Positions 1 through 8,128 of a stretch of 64,000 bases of DNA are shown here, piece by piece. The notes beneath the pieces were generated by a model, which was not told where the DNA came from, made no database searches, and saw nothing but the letters and a program-made list of their open reading frames with translations. This DNA comes from Patescibacteria group bacterium (GTDB lineage: Bacteria > Patescibacteriota > Saccharimonadia > Saccharimonadales > JAZKJC01). Location of the stretch: positions 1,481-65,480 of the forward strand of contig JAZKJC010000023.1 in the NCBI GenBank assembly GCA_040384565.1. Reading direction: 5' to 3'. Every line of letters starts with the position of its first letter. Positions within the stretch are counted from its first letter, which is position 1. The position numbers were made by a program, and so were the translations under genes.

Positions 1-98
1 GATAGAAAGATAGGGTTAGCAAGGTCATCGCGGCAATACCTAAAGCCCAGAACAACATAACCCAGCGTTTTTCGTATAGAGTTTTCGTGAATATGTTC

Positions 99-995
99 TT
101 AAACATTATCTTTGCCCTCGTAATATTTCATGAATATCGCCTCCAGATCGGCTTCCTGAATAACCAAATGTTTCATGTGGTGCTTACTTAACACGTTAAG
201 TATTATATTTATGTCCCCACTGTACGTGCATACAATTTTATCGCCTGAACTTGGCGATAAGCTCACTCCTTTGAGTTTTTGCAGGGCCGGCAATAGGCTT
301 TTATCAGAAGTTGCTAGCTTTACCTGCTTGGGTGACTTGGCAGATAAGGCCGCCATATTCTCGACGGCTACAATTTTACTTTCACGTATAAAGGCAACTT
401 GGTCACAAATCTCCTCAACTTCACCGAGAGCGTGAGAAGAAATAAATACTGTTTTGCCAGCGGTCTTATACTCTCGCACAATTTTATTGAATTCACCTTG
501 AATCAATGGGTCCAAGCCGCTAGTAGGCTCATCAAACACTAACAGCTCTGGCTCATTCATGAGCGCGGATATGAGCCCGACCTTTTGGCGATTGCCACGT
601 GACAAAGTTTTGATAACCCGGCTTAGATCACAAGACAACCGTTCGGCTAATTGGTTGATCATAGGTATATTCGCTCCGCCCTGTAAATTACCCATATATG
701 TCAGCTGCTGTAACCCTGTAAGCCTTGCGTCAAGCGCGAAATCTCCAGCCAAAAAACCTAATCGGCGTCGAATCGCCACACCGTCCTTTTGGCAATCCAG
801 ACCAAATATACTGGCCTGTCCGCTAGTTGGCCGAATCAGATCTATCAATATACTAATAGTTGTGGTCTTGCCCGCCCCATTCGGGCCCAAGAAGCCAAAT
901 ACTGAGCCTTTCATCACCCGCAAGTTAACATCATCTACGCCTCGAACAGAGCCATATTGCTTGGTGACGTTAGTAAGTTCAATTACGGGCTTCAT
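99..995 (-). CDS. ABC transporter ATP-binding protein
   Basis: 298 aa; Walker A GPNGAGKTT, ABC signature LSRGNRQKV, Walker B LLVFDEPTSGLD; 4-nt overlap with upstream ORF. Confidence 0.9.
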   Translation of the reverse strand: MKPVIELTNVTKQYGSVRGVDDVNLRVMKGSVFGFLGPNGAGKTTTISILIDLIRPTSGQASIFGLDCQKDGVAIRRRLGFLAGDFALDARLTGLQQLTYMGNLQGGANIPMINQLAERLSCDLSRVIKTLSRGNRQKVGLISALMNEPELLVFDEPTSGLDPLIQGEFNKIVREYKTAGKTVFISSHALGEVEEICDQVAFIRESKIVAVENMAALSAKSPKQVKLATSDKSLLPALQKLKGVSLSPSSGDKIVCTYSGDINIILNVLSKHHMKHLVIQEADLEAIFMKYYEGKDNV

Positions 996-1444
996 GATAT
1001 ACGTTTCTTTAGTTCGCTCAGTCTAGGTATAAATGATTGGGCGGCAGCTTCTAATCCCAGAACCCTCAGCGCACCAATTAGTACATACAGGCTGTCGAGC
1101 TCACCATCCGTAAGTTGAGATTTTTGTTCGGCGGCCACAAAACTAAACTCAATTTTCTCTACCAGCCATTTTTCTTCGCTTGGTTTGACTTCGTTGGTTT
1201 GGAACTTAGAAGATTCATCAGACTGAACAACTTCTAGGGAGCGGGCTGAATTTTCACGCTTTCGGATATGTCCTCTTTTTATCAAATTATTAACATGCAG
1301 AGCCACAGTCGCAACTGACGTGTAGCTGCAGCCAGCCATGATTTCCCGGTAGCTCGGGCTATAACCATGCTCAGCAATAAAAGCTTCAATAAAGGTCAGT
1401 AGTTCCCGCTGTTTTTTAGTAGGCCGGATGGGATCATTTACCAT
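992..1444 (-). CDS. LexA-type winged-helix DNA-binding protein lacking the S24 peptidase domain
   Basis: N-terminus KKQRELLTFIEAFIAEHGYSPSYREIMAGCSYTSVATVALHVNNLIKRGHIRK matches the LexA DNA-binding domain pattern. The C-terminal 70 aa has no Ser/Lys autocleavage motifs. Confidence 0.6.
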   Translation of the reverse strand: MVNDPIRPTKKQRELLTFIEAFIAEHGYSPSYREIMAGCSYTSVATVALHVNNLIKRGHIRKRENSARSLEVVQSDESSKFQTNEVKPSEEKWLVEKIEFSFVAAEQKSQLTDGELDSLYVLIGALRVLGLEAAAQSFIPRLSELKKRIS

Positions 1445-1473
1445 TGTTCATTTACCATTTTCCAATTATTTGC

Positions 1474-1719
1474 CTATTTTTCATTTTCATAAACTTTGCA
1501 GATTATCAAACTTGGGTTAAGGAGCCGCCCTGCAATAACCTCATCATCTGACCAGCCCTTTACGTCTAAAACTACTTCTGACTCAGCCCGACGTACCGAA
1601 AGTACGCCTCCCTCCTCAGAAGCAATTTTAGCTCGCAAATCATCTGGCCATATTGAGGAGGTTATTGCAGGACGGCTCCTGATGGGTTCTTGTTGTAGTT
1701 GGTTCTGGTAAATGGTCAT
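1474..1719 (-). pseudogene. Degenerate four-helix-bundle cassette: 10 codons of the gene, then hairpin element A
   Basis: The ORF starts MTIYQNQLQQ, as the intact gene at 7742 starts MTIYQTKLQQ. The remaining 'protein' is the translation of an inverted-repeat element, so it is not a credible CDS. Confidence 0.6.
1521..1679 (-). repeat. ORF-less long hairpin element A
   Basis: GGAGCCGCCCTGCAATAACCTC (1521-1542) is the reverse complement of GAGGTTATTGCAGGACGGCTCC (1658-1679) with one mismatch. That mismatch is C.A on the plus strand and G.U on the minus-strand RNA. The interior is imperfectly self-complementary around a CGTAC-CGAAA-GTACG tip. Confidence 0.7.
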
Positions 1720-1757
1720 TGGTAAATAATTGTGAATTGAAAATTGATAAATGTAAA
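1702..1757 (-). repeat. Cassette 5' flank, copy c (about 55 bp repeat family)
   Basis: The reverse complement reads TTTACATTTATCAATTTTCAATTCACAATTATTTACCAATGACCATTTACCAGAAC, near-identical to 6731-6785 and 7704-7758. Confidence 0.85.
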
Positions 1758-2249
1758 CTATGTCCTATAAGCGCTATGGCCATGTGCTCGGTGAGCCACA
1801 ATGCGGGGCACAGTAACAGTTGCATATTTACGCTTAAATTTGTCTGGAAACACCCAAAACTTGTACCACAGGTAATTCCACACCGTGAAGAACCCACTTG
1901 AGATAAATTGGCCAATGTATGGAGTAATACCAATGTTTTTAAGCCAAAGTACCAGGAAGTAATCGATTATAAAGTCTACGATGGTAATTACAGCATAACG
2001 GCCCGTCACCTCAGTCTGATGTTTTTTAAGCTTGGGATTATTAAATACCCAGTAACGCTGTAGTATAAAGTTAACCGTCCAGCCGGCAAGTGTAGAAACT
2101 GATTTCGCCCAGAAAAAACTGCCTTGGAGCCCCTTGTCTATCAGGAAAAACGTTAGATAGCCGGTCCAAAAATACGCTCCGCCACTGATCATATACTCAG
2201 TCATACGTTTAGCTTCTCGTTGTTGTTTTTTTCGTAGATGAAATATCAT
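1758..2249 (-). CDS. GtrA-family membrane protein
   Basis: 163 aa, four hydrophobic segments, GtrA-like WVF motifs (QRYWVFNNP, YKFWVFPDK). Confidence 0.7.
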   Translation of the reverse strand: MIFHLRKKQQREAKRMTEYMISGGAYFWTGYLTFFLIDKGLQGSFFWAKSVSTLAGWTVNFILQRYWVFNNPKLKKHQTEVTGRYAVITIVDFIIDYFLVLWLKNIGITPYIGQFISSGFFTVWNYLWYKFWVFPDKFKRKYATVTVPRIVAHRAHGHSAYRT

Positions 2250-2283
2250 GACGCTATTGCTTTAGCCTAGTATAGCAGTTCTG

Positions 2284-3738
2284 ATGCCTGAGAAGTGTTA
2301 CAATAAATCTAATAATATGAAGAATAATGCCTCACTCGCCTACGCTTTCTTGCTCGTTGTTGGTGATTTTGTGGCTCTTTTAGCAGCTTTTACCGCCGCG
2401 TATATTCTGCGGGTCAAATATGACCCTCGTCCGCTCATAGATCAGATTGCTGCCATTCCATATTTTTACGCCGTTGCCACCGTTCTGCCACTATGGATTC
2501 TGGTCCATGGTTTTATTGGCCTGTATAGCCATAATACCTATGAAAAGCGCTTTTCGGAACTTGGACGCTTACTGGTTGGTTCCATTATTGGCATCCTGGT
2601 AGTTATTGGCTACGATTTTAGCACTGACGCCAAATTATTTCCGGCCCGTCTGGTGCCGGTTTACGGTTTTCTGCTCGGTTTTGGCTTTCTGGTGCTATTT
2701 AGGGCTTTCGCACGACTGGTCCGCCAGTCTCTCTATTCTTACGGAATAGGCGTCAATAATGTGCTGATACTCGGTGACACTGTGGTGAGCAGCGAGATTG
2801 CCAACAGCATTGCCAATACGGTCAAAACAGGCCACCGAGTGGTGGGAATGATTGGGCGGGAGGACAGGGATTTCCGGATATTTGCCAGCTTTGAAGAAGC
2901 CCTGCAGAAACTCAAAAAACCCTTTGACAGTATCATCCAGACAGAGCTGTACCGTGATCAGGAAAAAAACAACACCATACTTCTTTACGCCCAGCAGCAT
3001 CATGTATCATACCGGTTCGTGCCGGGCAACACTGATCTTTTTGTCGGTAATATTACGGTTGAGCTATTTGGCGGATTGCCTATGATAGCCGTTCATCAAA
3101 CTGCCCTAACTGGCTGGGGGCGCATAGCCAAGCGTCTGTTTGATTTTGCGGCCAGTTTAGTGCTAGTTGTTTTGCTTAGTCCGATAATGCTGATTATTGC
3201 CGCCTTAGAGAAGCTAACAGATCCGCGTGGCCCGGTTTTTCTGCGCCAAACTCGCCTAACCCGCTTTAATCGTGAGTTCACTGTTTTCAAGTTCCGTACA
3301 CATAAGTCAGCTATTAGTGGAATTAGTGATAAAGAGGCGTTTGCAAAGCTCGGTAAGCCTGAGCTATATGAAAAGTACAAAGCCAATGGTTACTCGCTCA
3401 AGAATGACCCTCGCATTACCAGACTAGGGCGCTTTCTTAGGGCTTCCAGCCTAGACGAGCTGGCTCAGCTATTTAATGTGCTAAGAGGAGATATCAGCCT
3501 GGTTGGGCCACGTGCTCTTATCCCAACCGAGCTAAACACTTACGAGAAAAAACACGCTATTTTAAGCGTCAAGTCCGGCATGACAGGGCTAGCTCAAATA
3601 TCTGGACGGGAGGATCTTAGCTTCGATGAACGCAGAAGATTAGACGTATATTACGTGCAGAATTGGAGCTTCTGGGGTGACATAGTAATTCTGTTAAAAA
3701 CTTTGCGGGCCGTTCTAAGCGGCGTGGGCGCTAGGTAA
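2284..3738 (+). CDS. Polyprenyl glycosylphosphotransferase (WbaP/EpsL-type initiating sugar transferase)
   Basis: 484 aa; N-terminal TM segments. C-terminal bacterial sugar-transferase domain (KRLFDFAASLVLVVLLSPIML, FKFRT, LDELAQLFNVLRGDISLVGPRA, GMTGLAQISGR). Confidence 0.85.
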   Translation: MPEKCYNKSNNMKNNASLAYAFLLVVGDFVALLAAFTAAYILRVKYDPRPLIDQIAAIPYFYAVATVLPLWILVHGFIGLYSHNTYEKRFSELGRLLVGSIIGILVVIGYDFSTDAKLFPARLVPVYGFLLGFGFLVLFRAFARLVRQSLYSYGIGVNNVLILGDTVVSSEIANSIANTVKTGHRVVGMIGREDRDFRIFASFEEALQKLKKPFDSIIQTELYRDQEKNNTILLYAQQHHVSYRFVPGNTDLFVGNITVELFGGLPMIAVHQTALTGWGRIAKRLFDFAASLVLVVLLSPIMLIIAALEKLTDPRGPVFLRQTRLTRFNREFTVFKFRTHKSAISGISDKEAFAKLGKPELYEKYKANGYSLKNDPRITRLGRFLRASSLDELAQLFNVLRGDISLVGPRALIPTELNTYEKKHAILSVKSGMTGLAQISGREDLSFDERRRLDVYYVQNWSFWGDIVILLKTLRAVLSGVGAR

Positions 3739-4144
3739 GATTGCGGTCTTCCTTAGAATTTTCTGAAAAAACAAACATCTTCAAAATCAGGTAATTCCAC
3801 CCAGCTATAAATATCATAGTTGTTAGCTTACTAAGCATGCCCTCAACACCTAATAACCGTAGATATCCTATTAAGGCGTTACTAAACATAAGGTTAATTG
3901 CTGCCAAGCCGCTATAGAACCCCATCTGGGCTCGCAAACGTAGTCTATATTCTGAGCCCTTATTAAATGCCCACCATCGGTTTAGGCTGAAGCTGACAAC
4001 AAACCCCGCCAAAAAGCTGATTGAGTTGGCAACAATTAATGGCAGGCCTAGCTCTTTATATAAAACGTAAAACAATAGATAATCGGTTGCAGCCGCAGCC
4101 AAGCCAACCCGTAAAAACCTGGATAGAGATTTCCCGTGTCTCAT
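3731..4144 (-). CDS. GtrA-family membrane protein
   Basis: 137 aa; LNRWWAFNK and GWNYLILKMFVF motifs; abuts the GT2 gene. Confidence 0.7.
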   Translation of the reverse strand: MRHGKSLSRFLRVGLAAAATDYLLFYVLYKELGLPLIVANSISFLAGFVVSFSLNRWWAFNKGSEYRLRLRAQMGFYSGLAAINLMFSNALIGYLRLLGVEGMLSKLTTMIFIAGWNYLILKMFVFSENSKEDRNLT

Positions 4145-4145
4145 G

Positions 4146-4838
4146 CTAACTTTCCCTCATGACCCTAAACCGATACACCATCAGTTCTCTCAGGATGTTA
4201 AAGGCGTTAAACACCGACTGGCCTTTAGCCTTAGAATAAGCTGTATAGATTATGGTCACTGGCCGTTCAGCGTACCTGAACTGGTTTTCGGCAATGCGGT
4301 AAATTATCTCGGAAGCGTGCGCCATGCCAGAGCAATACAAACGCATTTTTGCCGCCACATCTCTGTCAAAAACTCGCAGTCCATTATGCGTATCAGTCAT
4401 TTTAAGCCCAGTAGTTACGTTAGAGAACCATATAGCCGCCTTAAGCACTACCCGTTTAATTGCAGGCATATCAATGGCACTTCCCAAAAACCGGGAGCCC
4501 AGCACTATATCCACGTCATTCCTGCGCAAATATTTAAGCATTGATGCGGCATCACTTGCCCTATGTTGCCCATCCGCATCAAATGTTATAAAATACTTGT
4601 TTTTTGGATCGCTCAAAGCCTGCTGTATCCCTGTACGCAGTGCAGCCCCAGAACCTTTATTCTTGGCATGCTGAACCAGCTTTACGCCACTTTTCAGAAT
4701 CAAATCGGCTGATTCGTCATCACTACCGTCGTCCACACAAAGAATATTAGCAAATTCCTTTTTAACACTCCTAAGCACATCCTCAATAACCTCGGCTTCG
4801 TTGTAAACCGGAATAATAACACAGGTATCGTGGTTCAC
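4146..4838 (-). CDS. Family-2 glycosyltransferase (polyprenol-phosphate sugar synthase-like)
   Basis: 230 aa; VIIPVYNEAEVI, CVDDGSDDES, FDADGQH (DxD) motifs. Confidence 0.85.
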   Translation of the reverse strand: MNHDTCVIIPVYNEAEVIEDVLRSVKKEFANILCVDDGSDDESADLILKSGVKLVQHAKNKGSGAALRTGIQQALSDPKNKYFITFDADGQHRASDAASMLKYLRRNDVDIVLGSRFLGSAIDMPAIKRVVLKAAIWFSNVTTGLKMTDTHNGLRVFDRDVAAKMRLYCSGMAHASEIIYRIAENQFRYAERPVTIIYTAYSKAKGQSVFNAFNILRELMVYRFRVMRES

Positions 4839-5255
4839 CGGTATCCCTCCTCTTAACTTAAGAACTGAGAATAACTATACCTCTAATTGACCTCATCTGG
4901 CAGTAAGCTATCTAACATTCAATAGACTCGCCTTGATCTAAAAATTAGATGCCAAACTTGATGATTCTTCATTGATAAACCCAATATATTGCTGCCAACG
5001 GCGAAGCCGGTGATTTTTGTTCAAAACTGACAAGCCGTAACAAAGCGTATTTTTGTATGGAGCGAAGCGGGTTGATCGGTTTTGGGGCAAAAATGGCATG
5101 TTTGGGGCTAATTTCTTATATTAAAGTGAGTCTAATAAAAGTCACATTTTTCGGCACCTAACGAATAATGTGACTGCTCTTTACTGGCGTCAACTGTCCG
5201 CAGACTTGGTATACCCAACAGAAATTGGTCTTTGCATCGTGAATACTATCCGTTT

Positions 5256-6692
5256 TTACAGGCGGCTGAGCGCTAATACGGTACTGGCAAACCCTGCCAG
5301 CATAACTATTGCAATAAATCCTGCGCTATATGTACGTATAAACCGGGCTGCGGGCCCTGGTAGCTCCGGTCTCAGCGCAATCAGTAGTGGCGCTAGCGGT
5401 AACAAGTATCTACCCTGAAAGCCTTCAATAACCGGGTTTCCAACTTTGGTAAAGGCAATATACAACGCCAGGTTTGAAAGAATAAATGTCCCTATCAGCA
5501 CTCCTGCGCTGCACCACTCCAGCCGGTAACCCTCTTTAGCAAGCAGCTTGCTGCGCTTAAAGTTAAGCAAGGCCACTCCAAGCGCCACGTACAATAGCAC
5601 AATGACCGCAATCGGCAGATACAGCAGCTTATTGGTCAGCACCCCGACTAGCCCCGCGTAAACTCCTGCGTAAGCCACTGTCAACGGCGTTATTAAAATA
5701 GTCAGGAGCACCTCAAAGGGATTAGTTAAAATGTATGCAATCTGGTCCAGGCTATCGACATGCAGCCCAGGACGCTGGACAAAGTGCAGGATCGAGGCAA
5801 TTGGTCCCGTGACAGATATATACCACATAGTGATTAAAGCTAAGGCCAAGCTAAACCCTACTCTAACTTTGAGCGCTTTGCGGCCAGAATATGGATAAAA
5901 ACTCGCAGGGATGATCAGTGGAAACGCCGCAATCAGTAAGTAGCCCTGCTTGGTAGTAGCCAGGAAAAAGGCCAGAAATACCATCAGCCCAAAAAGTCCC
6001 TTTGTAAATTTAATCGTTCTAGCCAAAACGGCAATAGTTAGCGCGATAATGAGCCAGGAAACACCATTGACCACCCCATCCATGCCAATCGTAGAAGCCT
6101 GCACATAAGCGGGGGGCAGCAATGCTAGCGAAGCCATGAATAGCTTACCGGTAGGCAGTATCCTAAGCACTCCGTATGTTAGCATTAGCCAAAATATAAA
6201 ACAGCTGAGCCGCGACAAATAAACGTACCAAATAATTGGCAGATCAGCTATCCTGGCAATCAACATTCCAAATGCAGCCGGGAAGTATGACCAAGGCGAA
6301 TACGGCCCCGCAGACGTAAACGAAAGCCTGGTATCATCCGGTGTTTCCAGTTTTTGCTTAGAATATTGCTGTCTTAATTCTTTAAGGCGGTTCGGGTCAG
6401 GATTATTATTTTGGACTTGTTCTCTAAAACCATCATTAAACTCTTTCAATTCCCTTGGGACATATCCACCATAATCATGATCACTAAACTTCTGCGTCCA
6501 AAACGTTCCACGGCTTACTTGATAAGCCCTTGGAAAGTGTACAATCTCATCATTACCATATATCGGCGGTATCATAAAAATCGCCGTCAAGCCACAGATA
6601 AATACAGCCACAAGCCACACATTTAGCGCATTAGCCCTAATCCAATTACCTGCCAGTTTTAGCCAAGAACTGCTTTTGCTTTTCATATACAC
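5256..6692 (-). CDS. Polytopic membrane protein, DUF2142-like (putative glycan-modifying)
   Basis: 478 aa, more than 10 hydrophobic segments. N-terminal loop NDEIVHFPRAYQVSRGTF resembles the DUF2142 signature. Confidence 0.5.
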   Translation of the reverse strand: MYMKSKSSSWLKLAGNWIRANALNVWLVAVFICGLTAIFMIPPIYGNDEIVHFPRAYQVSRGTFWTQKFSDHDYGGYVPRELKEFNDGFREQVQNNNPDPNRLKELRQQYSKQKLETPDDTRLSFTSAGPYSPWSYFPAAFGMLIARIADLPIIWYVYLSRLSCFIFWLMLTYGVLRILPTGKLFMASLALLPPAYVQASTIGMDGVVNGVSWLIIALTIAVLARTIKFTKGLFGLMVFLAFFLATTKQGYLLIAAFPLIIPASFYPYSGRKALKVRVGFSLALALITMWYISVTGPIASILHFVQRPGLHVDSLDQIAYILTNPFEVLLTILITPLTVAYAGVYAGLVGVLTNKLLYLPIAVIVLLYVALGVALLNFKRSKLLAKEGYRLEWCSAGVLIGTFILSNLALYIAFTKVGNPVIEGFQGRYLLPLAPLLIALRPELPGPAARFIRTYSAGFIAIVMLAGFASTVLALSRL

Positions 6693-6730
6693 TCATAATA
6701 CCTTAACCAGAAGCTGGAAGCTGAAAATAT

Positions 6731-6785
6731 TTTACATTTACCATTTTTCAGTTCACAATTATTTACCAATGACCATTTACCAAAC
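6731..6785 (+). repeat. Cassette 5' flank, copy a
   Basis: 51/55 identical to 7704-7758. Contains ATG at 6771 opening a truncated ORF MTIYQTKKTS... that stops at 6855, inside the left arm of hairpin B. Confidence 0.85.
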
Positions 6786-6849
6786 TAAAAAAACTTCAAT
6801 AGCACAATTAACTACACTCAATTCACGGCTTTTACAAATGGTAATTATC

Positions 6850-7018
6850 CTATAGCAACCCCAAAACAAAACCTGTCTTTTTTGGGGTGATGGATCAGTG
6901 AGTCAAAAACTTTCATTTCCGACTAAAACATATCTGTTGATACGTTGCAGGAGGAATGGAAGTTTTTGGCCACTGAGGCGCAACCCAAAATGCAGGTTTT
7001 GTTTTGGGGTTACTATAG
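6850..7018. repeat. ORF-less long hairpin element B
   Basis: A 26-nt terminal inverted repeat: CTATAGCAACCCCAAAACAAAACCTG (6850-6875) pairs with CAGGTTTTGTTTTGGGGTTACTATAG (6993-7018). It has one mismatch, which is G.U on the minus-strand RNA. There is a second inner stem (GTGAGTCAAAAACTTTCATTTCC / GGAATGGAAGTTTTTGGCCACTGAG). The element ends 1 nt from the vapC stop codon. Confidence 0.75.
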
Positions 7019-7408
7019 CTACTGACGGGCATCGATCAGCTTAACCCCGGAGTATTTCAGAATATCACTGTCGCCTGTTATGAGCGTCAAATTCTCGCTC
7101 ATAGCCTGGGCAATCAGCATGCGGCCAAACGGATCCCTATGAATTAGTTCTAGTCCCCTCAACCCTTTGGCATGCTCAGCCTGAATAGGCAGCAGAGGTA
7201 ATTTTTGTGCTGTAACCTTTTGCTGAATATCCTCTGCCCCTTTTAGCTTACCAACTGCCAACTTTATCTCAATCTCTACAAAAGCGATAACGGATATAGC
7301 AACCTCTCCCTGTCCCGAATTTGTAAGCATACGTCGAGTGCTATGGCCCAGCTTTGAATCGTTTAGCATAAACCATATGAGTGTATGTGTATCTAATAGG
7401 TACTTCAT
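7019..7408 (-). CDS. vapC: PIN-domain toxin VapC
   Basis: 129 aa; MKYLLDTHTLIW start and C-terminal LITGDSDI are typical of PIN; 4-nt overlap with the antitoxin gene. Confidence 0.85.
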   Translation of the reverse strand: MKYLLDTHTLIWFMLNDSKLGHSTRRMLTNSGQGEVAISVIAFVEIEIKLAVGKLKGAEDIQQKVTAQKLPLLPIQAEHAKGLRGLELIHRDPFGRMLIAQAMSENLTLITGDSDILKYSGVKLIDARQ

Positions 7409-7659
7409 TCTTTAGGCTCAATTGGCCCATAAAAAAGCTCTTCAATTTCTTCATCAGTCCATTCAAAGTTATCAGGAACCTCAATTTCATCTTTCAATGC
7501 ACCAAGCAATGCACTCAGAGGTTTTGTATTATTCGATGGCTTTGTAAGCTCCGCTACCGGAGTGCCGCGGTTAGTTATAACCACACGCTCACCCTCGGCT
7601 ACTTTGGCAAGCAGCTTGGATAAGTTAGTTTTAGCATCGTGTACATTAGCTGTAATCAT
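7405..7659 (-). CDS. Phd/YefM-type antitoxin
   Basis: 84 aa; HDAKTNLSKLLAKVAEGERVVITNRGTPVAEL matches the Phd/YefM N-terminal pattern. Confidence 0.75.
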   Translation of the reverse strand: MITANVHDAKTNLSKLLAKVAEGERVVITNRGTPVAELTKPSNNTKPLSALLGALKDEIEVPDNFEWTDEEIEELFYGPIEPKE

Positions 7660-7703
7660 AATGTCATTATAGCTAACTTAGCTAAGTATGTCAATATAAA
7701 AAT

Positions 7704-7758
7704 TTTACATTTATCATTTTTCAATTCACAATTACTTATCAATGACCATTTACCAAAC
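7704..7758 (+). repeat. Cassette 5' flank, copy b
   Basis: TTTACATTTATCATTTTTCAATTCACAATTACTTATCAATGACCATTTACCAAAC; includes the start codon of the gene at 7742. Confidence 0.85.
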
Positions 7759-8104
7759 CAAACTACAGCAGCTTGAGCAGCGAACAATCAATTTTAGTGT
7801 CAATATCATAAAAACGTGTGGGAAATATTCGGGCGATGTTACTTTACGTTCACTCATTGATCAGTTAGTACGTGCTTCTACTAGTATTGGGGCTAATTAC
7901 GCGGAGGCAAACAATGCTAGCTCAAAGGCAGATTTCAAAAACAAAATATTCATCGCCAAGAAAGAAGCAGCCGAAACTCGCTACTGGCTAAGAGTATTAT
8001 CAGAACTGCTACCAAACGAGGATTTTAACGAATTATCCCAAGAAGCTCTAGAGCTTAACTTAATTCTACAAAAGATCGTAACTACAATGAACGCAGGCAA
8101 ATAA
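7742..8104 (+). CDS. Four-helix-bundle protein (23S rRNA intervening-sequence protein / Avd-like family)
   Basis: 120 aa; family hallmarks QLVRASTSIGANYAEANNASSKADFKNKIFIAKKEAAETRYWLRVL. Confidence 0.85.
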   Translation: MTIYQTKLQQLEQRTINFSVNIIKTCGKYSGDVTLRSLIDQLVRASTSIGANYAEANNASSKADFKNKIFIAKKEAAETRYWLRVLSELLPNEDFNELSQEALELNLILQKIVTTMNAGK

Positions 8105-8128
8105 TGTTCTCTATTTGGTAAATTTGAA

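Noticed and set aside
559-1026. Long antisense or shadow ORFs in the track. Examples are 559-1026, 35615-36139, 37899-38291, 38707-39111, 39632-40144, 57200-57790, 19931-20548 and 13827-14330.
   Set aside because: Each lies entirely opposite or out of frame within a gene that has strong family motifs. Their translations are low-complexity (Ser/Pro/Arg/Leu-rich), which is typical of shadow frames.
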